In this document: one piece after another, positions 18,896 through 28,987 of the stretch
How the letters are laid out: each line of letters opens with the position of its first letter
Position numbering within the stretch: position 1 is the first letter of the stretch
Assembly (NCBI GenBank): GCA_963662285.2
Contig: CAXXMV010000002.1
Coordinates: 768,001 to 832,000, forward strand
Direction of reading: 5' to 3'
From: a bacterium
GTDB taxonomy: Bacteria > Hinthialibacterota > Hinthialibacteria > Hinthialibacterales > Hinthialibacteraceae
DNA length: 64,000 bases
Notes under the pieces: model-generated
What the model was told of the DNA's origin: nothing
Database searches by the model: none
The model's input: only the letters and a program-made list of their open reading frames with translations
Translations under genes and position numbers: made by a program

Positions 18896-19957
18896 ATGTT
18901 ACAAACACCAAATAAACAAAAAACATGCTTACTGAAATACATCTCAGTTTGTCTTATGATGAGTTTTTTTGCGTTGGAAACCTGGTCGCAAAACAAACCA
19001 ATCCTGAGTATAGAATTGCCAACTGATGTAAGAACTGCGACAATACTTCATTCAGGAAAGGAATTTCTGGCAGGTACTTCATCATTAGAGCATGGCATCT
19101 ATCGAATCGACGCGCAGACTGGTGAAATTACAAGGCAATATAAACAGACATCTGATTTATGTAATATCGCTATAACTCAAGATGATAAATTGGCTATGTC
19201 TGGTACGATGTCTCACTCTGCGTTTGTATTCGATTTAGAATCAGGTGAGACGATTAATGCTTTTTGGACGTATGGCAACGGCCCTACTGAGCCATCATTT
19301 CCTGCCAAAGCAGTTTGCTTTTCTCCAGACGAAAAATATGCGGTAACAGCTGATTATCATGGTAAACTCCGGAGGTGGGATTTGGAAACAGGTAAACTTG
19401 TTCAAGAGGTTGTATTTCCCCATAATGATCCGACTTATGTGACATACCTGCCCAATGGCTATGAAGTTATGACCACAACATATTATCCCTACATTTGGAA
19501 TCTCAAAACAAATGAAGTTCGTCAATACCCTGAAATAGAAAGTTGGTATCCTCCCTCATTAGTAGGTAATAAATTACTGTTTTATTTGGGGAAGACAATG
19601 CAGTTATGGGATACGGAATCGTGGGCATTGTTAAAAGAATATGATTCAAGTGAATATACTACGAAATCCGTCGCTCTTTCTCCTGTTGGTGACAATATTC
19701 TTGTTGGCGGCGCAATAGGCAGCACAACAAACAAGGGTTATGATCGCCGCATCATTAAAACGGATACAGGCGTATTAGCCCGCACTTATCAAGTTAGAAG
19801 CGGCGCCAGTTTGGGAAGCCCGGAGAGTGAAGATCGGGTCGTCAGGTTTTTCCCCGATGGCAAAAAATTCCTCACCGTTAATGGCAACACAGTCCACATT
19901 TGGGATATCAAAGATTTGACATCCGCTGTGCACGGTTCAGAGGCGATAAAGCCTTAG
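18896..19957 (+). CDS. Secreted WD40 beta-propeller protein
   Basis: AVCFSPDEKYAVTADYHGKLRRWDLETG, MQLWDTE, FFPDGKKFLT...HIWD; GGAAGGAG RBS; signal peptide. Confidence 0.85.
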   Translation: MLQTPNKQKTCLLKYISVCLMMSFFALETWSQNKPILSIELPTDVRTATILHSGKEFLAGTSSLEHGIYRIDAQTGEITRQYKQTSDLCNIAITQDDKLAMSGTMSHSAFVFDLESGETINAFWTYGNGPTEPSFPAKAVCFSPDEKYAVTADYHGKLRRWDLETGKLVQEVVFPHNDPTYVTYLPNGYEVMTTTYYPYIWNLKTNEVRQYPEIESWYPPSLVGNKLLFYLGKTMQLWDTESWALLKEYDSSEYTTKSVALSPVGDNILVGGAIGSTTNKGYDRRIIKTDTGVLARTYQVRSGASLGSPESEDRVVRFFPDGKKFLTVNGNTVHIWDIKDLTSAVHGSEAIKP

Positions 19958-20008
19958 AGGTTAATTAAATTAAGTATGGACAACATTGTTCACGCAAGAA
20001 AGTGTAAC

Positions 20009-20046
20009 ATCCCCGGAGTGAGGAATCATTAATCCGCCTCCGGGGT
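20009..20046. repeat. GC-rich hairpin repeat, copy 2 (between convergent genes)
   Basis: ATCCCCGGAGTGAGGA...TCCGCCTCCGGGGT. Confidence 0.75.
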
Positions 20047-20050
20047 ATTT

Positions 20051-21334
20051 CTATTCCACCGCAGCCTGAAAAGCGCTAGCGGCGGCGTTGATGGTGCGTT
20101 CGATATCGCGGTTGGAGTGGGCGCTGGAGATGAAGAAGGCTTCGAAGGGCGATGGCGGCAGATATATGCCCTGGTCTAACATGCTGCGCCAGAATTTGGC
20201 GTACTGCTCTCCACTGGCGGCGCTGGATGATGCGAAATCGGTAACCGGATTGTCGCTGAAGAAAACTGTGAGCATCGATCCGACGCTGTTAATCTGAATC
20301 GACGCTCCCGCTTTATCCGCGCCTTTTTGCAGACCTCTGACAAGTTTCCTGGATTTCTTTTCCAAATCCTCATAGAAACCGCCGCTGCGCAGCATCTGAA
20401 TTGTAGCAATGCCGCATGCAGTGGCTATAGGATTACCCGACAAGGTTCCCGCCTGATAGACGTTGCCTTCGGGAGCGATATGCTTCATGATCTCATGGCT
20501 TCCGCCGTAAGCGCCGATAGGCATTCCGCCTCCGACAATCTTACCCAGGGTGGTCAGATCGGGCAGAACTTCATAGCGTTCCTGCGCTCCGCCTAAAGCA
20601 ATGCGGAAACCAGTCATGACTTCATCAAAAATAAGCACCGACTCGTTCTCAGTGCATAGCACCCGCAGAGTTTCCAGATAACCCGGTCCGGGAGGAACCA
20701 CGCCCATATTGCCAGCCACCGGTTCGAGAATTATCGCCGCAATCTGGCCTGAATTATTCTGGAATGCAGCGCGAACTGCATCTATATCGTTGTATGGGAC
20801 AAGTACTGTGTCTTTAACTACCGATTCAGGAACGCCGGGAGTGCTGGGGATAGCTAATGTGGCCATACCTGATCCCGCTTGAGCCAGCAGTGCGTCATGA
20901 TGCCCGTGATATCCGCCGGTCATCTTAACGATCTTGTCGCGTCCGGTGTATGCGCGAGCCAGTCGGATTGCGCTCATAGTGGCTTCAGTGCCCGAATTAA
21001 CCAACCGGACTTTATCCACCGTTGGCACTGAGTCGACGATCATCTGCGCCAGTTTGACTTCCCGTTCAGTGGGAACGCCGAAAGCAACGCCGCCTTTCAC
21101 TGCTTTTTGAATGGAAGATACCACTTCAGGATGGGCGTGTCCTAATATCAACGGCCCCCAGGCGCATACATAATCAATATACGTTTTGCCGTCTTCATCT
21201 GTTAAGACGCATCCCCTGCCGCTGGCGGCGAAGAATGGGTCTCCCCCCATCGATTTCCAGGCGCGCACGGGACTATTCACACCGCCGGGGATTAAAGTGG
21301 ATGCAGTTTTGAAAAGATCAGATGATTTGGACAT
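20051..21334 (-). CDS. hemL: Glutamate-1-semialdehyde 2,1-aminomutase
   Basis: IPGGVNSPVRA, VNSGTEATMSAIRLARAYTGR, FDEVMTGFR, LGKIVGGGMP, QAGTLSGNP; start ATG 21334. Confidence 0.96.
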   Translation of the reverse strand: MSKSSDLFKTASTLIPGGVNSPVRAWKSMGGDPFFAASGRGCVLTDEDGKTYIDYVCAWGPLILGHAHPEVVSSIQKAVKGGVAFGVPTEREVKLAQMIVDSVPTVDKVRLVNSGTEATMSAIRLARAYTGRDKIVKMTGGYHGHHDALLAQAGSGMATLAIPSTPGVPESVVKDTVLVPYNDIDAVRAAFQNNSGQIAAIILEPVAGNMGVVPPGPGYLETLRVLCTENESVLIFDEVMTGFRIALGGAQERYEVLPDLTTLGKIVGGGMPIGAYGGSHEIMKHIAPEGNVYQAGTLSGNPIATACGIATIQMLRSGGFYEDLEKKSRKLVRGLQKGADKAGASIQINSVGSMLTVFFSDNPVTDFASSSAASGEQYAKFWRSMLDQGIYLPPSPFEAFFISSAHSNRDIERTINAAASAFQAAVE

Positions 21335-21423
21335 AATTTTTTCTTCAGAACGCTTGTGATAACAAAATACATTCAAGCGATAGTTTAGGGTAGCGGCATC
21401 AAATAGATTATGAAACAACAAAT

Positions 21424-21459
21424 AAAAAACCGACAACTCAACGTAATCGAGTTGTCGGT
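21424..21459 (-). terminator. Terminator after tRNA-Met
   Basis: ACCGACAACTC...GAGTTGTCGGT stem followed by a T-run on the minus strand. Confidence 0.7.
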
Positions 21460-21469
21460 GGGATGTACA

Positions 21470-21546
21470 TGGTAGCGGCGCGAGGACTTGAACCTCGGAC
21501 GCCACGGATATGAGCCGTGTGCTCTAACCAGCTGAGCTACGCCGCC
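21470..21546 (-). tRNA. tRNA-Met(CAT), elongator
   Basis: GGCGGCGTAGCTCAGCTGGTTAGAGCA CACGG-CTCATAT-CCGTG ...GGTTCAAGTCC...CGCCGCTACCA; CCA encoded. Confidence 0.93.
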
Positions 21547-21702
21547 ATTATTTTTCAGAAACAACCCGTTTCTAAAATACAGTGACTATTGTAATAGCCT
21601 TGCATTTCGTCTGGAAGAGGGAACAGTTTCTATATTAGAAATTAATCAAAAAATTATCAAAAAATAATTAGATAATAATTCTAAAATAATTAAAAAACTT
21701 TA

Positions 21703-22116
21703 TTAACACAATTCCTCGGTCTTAAAAAACAGGCCAATTTCGCGTTGAGCGCTTTCGGGCGAATCGCTGCCATGCACAATATTGCGCGTGAAATTATTGG
21801 CCAAATCGCCGCGAATGGTTCCCGGAGCGGATTCGATAGGATTAGTCTTGCCCATCATGGTGCGCATGGCGGTTACAACCTGGTCGCCCTGCCAAACCAT
21901 CGCTACTACCGGACCTTCAGTAATATAATCGATCAACTCGCCAAAAAACGGCTTCTCTTTATGCTCGCCGTAATGCTGATTAGCCAGTTCGGTTGGAACC
22001 TGCATCAGCTTCATGCCAACCAAGTCCCAGCCGCGTCTTTCCAATCGGCCGATGATTTCGCCAACCAGTTTGCGCTCTACGCCATCCGGCTTAATCAAAA
22101 GTAATGTACGTTCCAT
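21703..22116 (-). CDS. ndk: Nucleoside diphosphate kinase
   Basis: [28 protein letters not shown]. Confidence 0.97.
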   Translation of the reverse strand: MERTLLLIKPDGVERKLVGEIIGRLERRGWDLVGMKLMQVPTELANQHYGEHKEKPFFGELIDYITEGPVVAMVWQGDQVVTAMRTMMGKTNPIESAPGTIRGDLANNFTRNIVHGSDSPESAQREIGLFFKTEELC

Positions 22117-22264
22117 CAAACTATAACCACCCTTATCGGTTTTTTCTCTTCGGACGGGAGAACTTAGCAGCCCATCGCTATTCAATCAAGCAGCATGAGC
22201 CATTTATGCTGCCGAACCGCATTTATTTTTATAAAAAGCAATCTTATGCAAAAACCGGATTTTC

Positions 22265-24802
22265 TTATATTGCTTCTTCAGAAGAGTCAACATAAATTTG
22301 AGGTTTTTGCTCATCCTTCAAAACAACTTGCAGAATATCTTCAGGAATGGGCTTGATCGAAATAACATCATATCTTCCGGTGTGGGTTGGCAATTCAATG
22401 TCAACTTTGTCTCCTACCTTTTTGCCTATGAAAGCCATCGCAAAAGGCGCTTGATATGATAATACATTAATCTCTGGATTAGATTCCCACGGACCGAGCA
22501 TAACATATTCTTCAATGATATCGGTTCCAAATGGAGTGACGCTGAAACAAACGCCGAAATTAACTACGTCATATTCCACCTGGCTCAGATCGATGACTTG
22601 AGCTTTATGAAGCGCTTCTTCAAGTTCACCGGTTTGTGAGGCCAGCAGTTTTTGCTTATCTCTTGCAGCATGATATTCAGCATTCTCTTTGAGATCGCCG
22701 TGTTCACGGGCGATTTCTATCTCTCTTACCACCTCTGGCAGATCAATCTCAACCAGCCGTTTAAATAGAGCCTGTTTTCGTTCATAGTATAACTTAAGAC
22801 AAAGTATCCCCTGGAAAATAATTGCCTCGTCTTTACTTGCAGCGGATATAGATGGAAACCGCGCTCGAATTATAGTGGTTAAATCGGTTGCAGTACGGGA
22901 ATCAAATCCTTCATTGGTCTGAGCGCGCCGGTAGATCGATTGCGCAACGCTGGCATCGGCGTTTTGAATATGTTCCTTAAACAGACTGTAGCGGTCTTTG
23001 CGGATCAGATCGCGTGCATCTCCAGCAACTTTTCTGAGCCATAAAGCTTCATCTTTTTCACGTCGCTTCGCTTGGCTGGTGAGATAATCCACTAAAAGAA
23101 GAAGTCTTTCAACTATCAAAGCGTTACTTATTTTTCCTTCAAGCCAGGTCTCGCCTTTTACTAATACTTGTCCGGCCAACCAAATAAAAGTATATGGATA
23201 CAGCCTGAATTCGGCGATCATCTTTTCTACAACCGACATAATCAAGTTTTCATGATCCGACTTTTTCAGAGTATTAGCTAATTCATCGCGGATCATGATG
23301 CCTGGTTCCAGTAATAACTGTTGAAAAATACCAGGCCATTCTTCAGGGTGAATCTCTAAAAATCGTTTAGCGTATTGCCATTGATGAGCCTTGAAGCGTA
23401 AATTCTGAATAATCCTGACTGCCTTTTTGACATCCTGTATTGTGTCATCCATGATTTCCTGCGGCATTGATTCGATTGCTTCAGAATATTTCTTAAGTCC
23501 TTCATTTGTGAGCCATAACTCAACTCTCTCGGATTTGCTTCTACGTCTAGGCGTAAGAGATTTAAGCTTGTTCGAAAAATGGCGGATAACATGTTCATGC
23601 ATATCCGCTTTCTTGGTGGTGCGAAGATATTCGTTGATTTGATCAACTTTGGTATGAGGCGCCTTGGTTTCATCGAAGCGTTTCAGGAGTTCTTCTTCAT
23701 CACTGGATTCCTGGTCGCGCAAAGTGTATCTTTTTATTGAACCACCTGAAACAGAGATGTATGGATCGCGGCGCATGGCTGAATTAGTTTTTGACCACCA
23801 TGTGGTCCATTCACGTACGTTGATCACATCTGGAACCAGGTTTTCTTTTATGTCTTTGGCTGCTAAACTCCCGCCAAAACTTTTCAAGACATTTTTGATG
23901 AACTCAACTGGCTCGTCTCGTAATTTCTTCAATAACTCTTCAGAATTTATGACCTTTTGCACCCGGAAATCTTCTTCAGCCAGTGGTTCAACTGCTTTTT
24001 TAGCAAGTTCCACATTCATCTTATGGTTGCGCTTGCGTTGAAAGTTAATTAATACTGTGTGTCTGCTTATATCCAGGTCTTTGACTTTGCCGATCCCCCA
24101 GTCCGGGTGACGAAGATAGGAGCCGGGCAGGAAATTCATGAATAATTCCACATCTACCAGAGCTTCCATCATTGGTCGATCCTTGCGGATTCCTGAATAT
24201 TCCAACACTGCATCCATATGAGGAAGAGCATGCATTTTCTTGAGCGTATCAATGATCGGCTCACGTAAAGATATATCTTTTGGAGTCAATTCTAAAACTC
24301 TTTTAAGCAGTTGGAATTGTCCATCCCAATCTTTGCGTTCCTCGAATGAAGGAAGCAGCATCTGTATTAAAATAGCTGCGCGTTGATGTTGTTTTATATC
24401 TTGCAGTTTTCGCGAAATCCTTATGTAGAAATCAACATTGCCCGTTTCGATCTCTGATATTTCCAACCAGAGTTGTTCCACTGAATCATATTGTCGTTCT
24501 GCAACTGCGTTTTCCAGCCCTATCTCCAAATAACGAACCGCTTCTTTCTTTTCTCCTTGCTTTTTATAAAACTTGGATAGTTTATGGGCGGTATCAATAA
24601 TCCGGTCGTTCATCTCAAATAATCGGATTAGTGCGGCTTCATACTCTTCATTTATATAATCCAGATGGTCGAGTGATTGCACTAATGCTCTTAGAGCATA
24701 AATCTCTTCAGGATCGGTTTTCAGATGTTCGCGTGTTTGTTCGAGAACTTCTTTCCATTGTTCTTTCTGTCGCAGCAGGTTAAGTTCTTCCAGTGTGACC
24801 AT
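22265..24802 (-). CDS. greA: Transcription elongation factor GreA with long helical N-terminal extension
   Basis: C-terminal AREHGDLKENAEYHAAR...LGPWES...SYQAPFA; internal HPDWGIGKV and WTTWWSK segments recalled from chlamydial/spirochaete long GreA. Confidence 0.88.
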   Translation of the reverse strand: MVTLEELNLLRQKEQWKEVLEQTREHLKTDPEEIYALRALVQSLDHLDYINEEYEAALIRLFEMNDRIIDTAHKLSKFYKKQGEKKEAVRYLEIGLENAVAERQYDSVEQLWLEISEIETGNVDFYIRISRKLQDIKQHQRAAILIQMLLPSFEERKDWDGQFQLLKRVLELTPKDISLREPIIDTLKKMHALPHMDAVLEYSGIRKDRPMMEALVDVELFMNFLPGSYLRHPDWGIGKVKDLDISRHTVLINFQRKRNHKMNVELAKKAVEPLAEEDFRVQKVINSEELLKKLRDEPVEFIKNVLKSFGGSLAAKDIKENLVPDVINVREWTTWWSKTNSAMRRDPYISVSGGSIKRYTLRDQESSDEEELLKRFDETKAPHTKVDQINEYLRTTKKADMHEHVIRHFSNKLKSLTPRRRSKSERVELWLTNEGLKKYSEAIESMPQEIMDDTIQDVKKAVRIIQNLRFKAHQWQYAKRFLEIHPEEWPGIFQQLLLEPGIMIRDELANTLKKSDHENLIMSVVEKMIAEFRLYPYTFIWLAGQVLVKGETWLEGKISNALIVERLLLLVDYLTSQAKRREKDEALWLRKVAGDARDLIRKDRYSLFKEHIQNADASVAQSIYRRAQTNEGFDSRTATDLTTIIRARFPSISAASKDEAIIFQGILCLKLYYERKQALFKRLVEIDLPEVVREIEIAREHGDLKENAEYHAARDKQKLLASQTGELEEALHKAQVIDLSQVEYDVVNFGVCFSVTPFGTDIIEEYVMLGPWESNPEINVLSYQAPFAMAFIGKKVGDKVDIELPTHTGRYDVISIKPIPEDILQVVLKDEQKPQIYVDSSEEAI

Positions 24803-25422
24803 TGGTATCGCCCCATGTTTTTTAAATTTGAGTGGTATCAAAAATCTTGGTTTTTCGTACTTTAAAGCGATTCTCAAAAATATGCTCGATAATTATTGCG
24901 TCTAAAAAAAGCCTATATTATCCATCTTTTTCGAAAACTTAAACAGAACGTTATTCTGTACATTACTCTAGCGATTGATAAATTAAATGCGTTTACGCAG
25001 TAGTGCAAAGTTCAAAAGTGCGGTAGTTCAAAGTTAAAATAAAGAAGGAATTATGAACTGATTTGGAAATTTCTATACGCACTTACATGTGGCAACCACT
25101 ATATCGGTCCTGAAATCCAATTCTTGGCGCATCTTAAGTATTTTAGCAGCATTCTTTATACAAGCCACCTGCTTAGAATTTGTCGTTTATCATATATATA
25201 TGTCTGATGCACAGATTTTCTGAATAATTTAAGATTTTTATCTTCTTGAAAATAAAGCCCCTGTAAGGCATTTTAGTAAAAATTAGCATTTGATGGAGTG
25301 ATTTCTAAGTCTACAAAAGGATTTTTAGCAAATCCACCTCTTTAAATACGTGAAAAAATAAATTTTTAACTGCTATAATAATTGCCTTACAATATGATTC
25401 CCTATTACATCTTTATTGGAGA

Positions 25423-25890
25423 ATGAACACTGTGCCTCCAGAACTTACGCATCAATATTTCATGCGCTTGGCTATCAATCAAGCAAAAATCGCCCAAGCG
25501 CATGGAGATATCCCCGTCGGCGCCATAATAGTCAGGGATGGAGAAGTTATCGGTCGCGGACGTAATCAACGCGAAGAAAAGAATGATCCAACCGCCCATG
25601 CTGAAATCTGTGCGCTTAGAGACGCCGCTGCGCAGATTGGCAGCTGGCGGCTTTCTGGATCTTCGCTCTATTGTACCTTAGAACCCTGCATCCTATGTTC
25701 CGGGGCAATTGTCCAATCACAAATTGAGCACCTTTATTACGGCGCCGCCGACCCGAAATCTGGTGGAGTGGAAAGTCTATACCAGATACTGGAAGACAAG
25801 CGATTAAATCATCAAGTTTTAGTTCATTCAGGAATTTCTCTCGAAGAATGCGAATGGTTATTGAAAGATTTTTTTGATCGGCTACGATAA
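25423..25890 (+). CDS. tadA: tRNA adenosine(34) deaminase
   Basis: PVGAIIV, DPTAHAEI, TLEPCILCSGA, YGAADPKSG, LNH. Confidence 0.94.
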   Translation: MNTVPPELTHQYFMRLAINQAKIAQAHGDIPVGAIIVRDGEVIGRGRNQREEKNDPTAHAEICALRDAAAQIGSWRLSGSSLYCTLEPCILCSGAIVQSQIEHLYYGAADPKSGGVESLYQILEDKRLNHQVLVHSGISLEECEWLLKDFFDRLR

Positions 25891-26010
25891 GCATCATCGT
25901 GATCATGCGATTTTGATTCACAGGTTGGTTCTAAACGACAAGTTTGTGATTTTATAGGTTTGATTTAAACGATTAGAGTAATGAATAAAAGGTTTTGTTT
26001 ATAACGACTA

Positions 26011-26097
26011 GGAGGGGTGGCCGAGTGGTTGAAGGCGCCCGCCTCGAAAGCGGGTATGCGGGAAACCGCATCGTGGGTTCGAACCCCACCTCCTCCG
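26011..26097 (+). tRNA. tRNA-Ser(CGA)
   Basis: GGAGGGGTGGCCGAGTGGTTGAAGGCG CCCGC-CTCGAAA-GCGGG, long variable arm, GGTTCGAACCC; CCA not encoded. Confidence 0.95.
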
Positions 26098-26132
26098 TTA
26101 TAATACCTTAGATAATTATAACCTTACATACT

Positions 26133-27758
26133 TTATTTTGCTTCTACTTTCTTTGCATCATCAGTGCTTTCTTCACCGCTTCCCTCCGCATCCTTTTTAT
26201 CCGTATCGTCTCCTTTTTTCTTCTTATCCTTATCATCACGTTCTTTATAAGCAAAAACATTGATCTCATTTTTGATTAGCAGAAAAAAGGCTTTGCTGGT
26301 TTGCGATTTTACGGTTAATGAATTTCCTAGAATGGTTATTTGCGTACCGGGCCAGGCGACTTGTTTCGCTACAACTCCGGTTATTCTGCTTAACGCGCCA
26401 TCAATTTCCTCTTTAATCAGACGTTGATCTTCCTGCATACGCTTTACCTGTGATTGAAGCTGTAGGCCGCTACGGATGATCTTTAGGCGTAACTCCGTCT
26501 GCTCAGGGCTTAATTTTCCTGCATCTCGTAATTGGTTTAATGTACTAGTTGCTTGCTGTAATTTCTTATAATTCTCTATTAAAGAATTAATTTTCTGGGA
26601 TTGCTCATTTTTTAAATCAATTCTCTTGTTGATCTCGACGCCAAGTTCCAACTTTGTTTTTACGCCCAGTTCCGAGCCAATCACAGATGCTGATATTTCC
26701 TCTTCTGCTGTGATTTCTCCGCCCACAATTGTTGTTTTGGGTCCATCCAGTAAAACTCTCTTGTTTGCTTTAATAATTGAATTGGATATCGCTCCGCTAA
26801 CTACAACATCCTTGCCTGCTGTTACTGTGGCGTTGTTGATGAACTTGGCTGTTACATCTCCACCAGCGGTTATCTTGGCTTTTTGATCGCCTTGAATGCC
26901 GCCATTGATAAATATATTTCCCTCCGCTATTAGAATAGCGCCTTCAACAATCCCATTTATATGAATGTCGTTCCCGGCTTCTACCTTGAAATCGGTCAAA
27001 ACGCTTCCGGTTATCATCACCGTTCCGCCGTAATTAACATTACCAGATTTAAAATCTATATCACCCTCAACTGAATAAGTTGTTGTGACAGAAATCTTTT
27101 CTCCCTCTCGACAGACTACTCCTTTGATTTCCGAATATAATTCGTTGCCATCTTCGCTGATGCGAACGCCTTTACCTGCGGGAAATTTGGCTGGTTTACC
27201 AGGTTTAGAAGGGATTGCTTCACCATAGACATTTTTGCCAGGTTCACCGTTTGTAGGTGGAATTAATATCCCAAGTAGTTCATCTTCCTCGACTTGCAAA
27301 ACATGATGTTGATCTTTCCAATCCACCTGACCACCATGTTCGACCAGTTTGGCGCCATCCAGGATTGATAAATCCACCTTCCAATCGACATATCCGTCTT
27401 TTCCATTTTGGAGTTGCAAGCCTTTTGATACTAGTACCGGTTCATTAAAAATTTTATTATCGATTATTTTCTGGAGTTGTGACTTGTTAATCTCGTAAAT
27501 TACGCGATTGCCTCGCAAAAAACGGTATAAATCGTTAGCAGAATAACATTCGGCGTATTCAACCGATAACTCCAGACGAGCGGACATCTTGCAGGCTGAA
27601 ACATCCAGGCTCAATCCATCTCCCCAAGAAAAATCCTTCGGCATTTTCGCTGTTTCTTCAGCGACCTCTTTGTCTGGAGATGATTTCGGCTGATTTGGAG
27701 TTGGTTCTTTTTTCTCGTTAATTTCTTTGTTGGGTTCGGTAATTTGGTCGGTCATCAT
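26133..27758 (-). CDS. FapA / DUF342 family protein
   Basis: G.P..GKDG, PPTNGEPGKNVYGE, GDIDFKSGNV, beta-helix repeats, coiled coil, WPGTQITI. Confidence 0.85.
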   Translation of the reverse strand: MMTDQITEPNKEINEKKEPTPNQPKSSPDKEVAEETAKMPKDFSWGDGLSLDVSACKMSARLELSVEYAECYSANDLYRFLRGNRVIYEINKSQLQKIIDNKIFNEPVLVSKGLQLQNGKDGYVDWKVDLSILDGAKLVEHGGQVDWKDQHHVLQVEEDELLGILIPPTNGEPGKNVYGEAIPSKPGKPAKFPAGKGVRISEDGNELYSEIKGVVCREGEKISVTTTYSVEGDIDFKSGNVNYGGTVMITGSVLTDFKVEAGNDIHINGIVEGAILIAEGNIFINGGIQGDQKAKITAGGDVTAKFINNATVTAGKDVVVSGAISNSIIKANKRVLLDGPKTTIVGGEITAEEEISASVIGSELGVKTKLELGVEINKRIDLKNEQSQKINSLIENYKKLQQATSTLNQLRDAGKLSPEQTELRLKIIRSGLQLQSQVKRMQEDQRLIKEEIDGALSRITGVVAKQVAWPGTQITILGNSLTVKSQTSKAFFLLIKNEINVFAYKERDDKDKKKKGDDTDKKDAEGSGEESTDDAKKVEAK

Positions 27759-27959
27759 GCCGGCCTTTCATTTTTAACCAGTATTTCCTGGATATGATTC
27801 GGCTTCCTATTCATTAAATTTAAGTTAATAAAATATTCATTTAACTAAGTTCTTGTATAATCACAAAGCATTGATATATTATCCTATATTACTTATATTA
27901 ACTGAATTATATTTATCGGCAAGCATGAATTATAATTGTGTTATTCGGAGTATAAGATT

Positions 27960-28736
27960 ATGAAACCTTTACGCACCCTTTTTTCTCTATGGCTATGTCT
28001 ATCAATTATACTTTTTTTCTCAGGATGCGCTTCAAGAGAAATTAATTCTCTTCAGCAGTCTGTCGCCAATTTGGAAAATCGGATGATTGACTACCAGGTC
28101 TCTTCTTCACAGGATGTTGCTGAAACAACTTCTAAAGTCACGCAAGTCAATCAAACCGTTAATAAAGCTTTCAACGATATTCGTTACTCACAATCCAACA
28201 TAGGAACCATGATTGAACAACTATCTGACCGGCTTGTAAAAGTTGAACAGGATATTTCTGCATTACAGCAAAGTTCCCAGCGCATCGATTCTTTCTCGTC
28301 TGAAAGTTATACAAATCTTACTGATCGGATCAACGGAACGGAAGAGTTGATGAAAACTCAACGTCGGCAAGATATCGAAGCCATTCAGCAAAATCTAAAT
28401 TCTTTAGCTGAAAATATAACTTCAATAAAATCAATCCAAAATGTCAACCAGCGTTCCATAAACAGCCTGGAAACCAAAATTTCTTCCGTTAGTGAAGAAA
28501 ATCGCAAAATTTATCGTCAAATTCTAAAAGAATTAGGCGCTAATGTGCCGGGAGAAGCCGATCTATCTTCTATTGAAGCTGAAGATTCCGGTCAAACTCA
28601 TAAAGTTGAAAAGGGAGAAACGCTGAGCGCCATTGCTTCGAAACGCGGTGTGAGCGTCCAAGCCATTCAAATACTTAATGGCATAGATAATGCATCCCAT
28701 ATTCGCATCGGGCAGGTTCTTCGCATCCCGAAATAA
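27960..28736 (+). CDS. Lipoprotein with coiled coil and C-terminal LysM domain
   Basis: Lipobox FSGC; heptad-rich core; HKVEKGETLSAIASKRGVSVQAIQILNGI...IGQVLRIP. Confidence 0.87.
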   Translation: MKPLRTLFSLWLCLSIILFFSGCASREINSLQQSVANLENRMIDYQVSSSQDVAETTSKVTQVNQTVNKAFNDIRYSQSNIGTMIEQLSDRLVKVEQDISALQQSSQRIDSFSSESYTNLTDRINGTEELMKTQRRQDIEAIQQNLNSLAENITSIKSIQNVNQRSINSLETKISSVSEENRKIYRQILKELGANVPGEADLSSIEAEDSGQTHKVEKGETLSAIASKRGVSVQAIQILNGIDNASHIRIGQVLRIPK

Positions 28737-28807
28737 CATCCTGCCAATGTTATAATGCAGCGGTTGGCTCATGCCTCTGGTCAATGTTTGTAAATAAAAT
28801 ATACTAT

Positions 28808-28928
28808 GACTAAACGGTAAAAAGTATAAAACTGTTTTTGTAACCACAATACTTAGTGGGTATTCATAAGACTTAAAGACAAGATGTAGCCCTAGTTTCG
28901 TCTTTCATCCACTTTTTGCCGACTCATC
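28808..28928. mobile_element. 121-bp MITE, copy 2
   Basis: Same TIRs and length as 15835-15955; flanked by 7-bp direct repeat ATACTAT (28801-28807 / 28929-28935). Confidence 0.87.
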
Positions 28929-28987
28929 ATACTATTACAGATTACTTTTTATTGGATTGAAATAGGGTAAAGGGGCAACTTTTTTAG

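Noticed and set aside
18785-20046. Integron attC sites
   Set aside because: No matching RYYYAAC...GTTRRRY core pair around the hairpins and no integron integrase in the window.
24880-25420. Hidden gene or ncRNA in the greA-tadA intergenic region
   Set aside because: No sizeable ORF or convincing structure, only a weak AGTTCAAA(A)GT duplication; likely divergent promoters plus decayed sequence.
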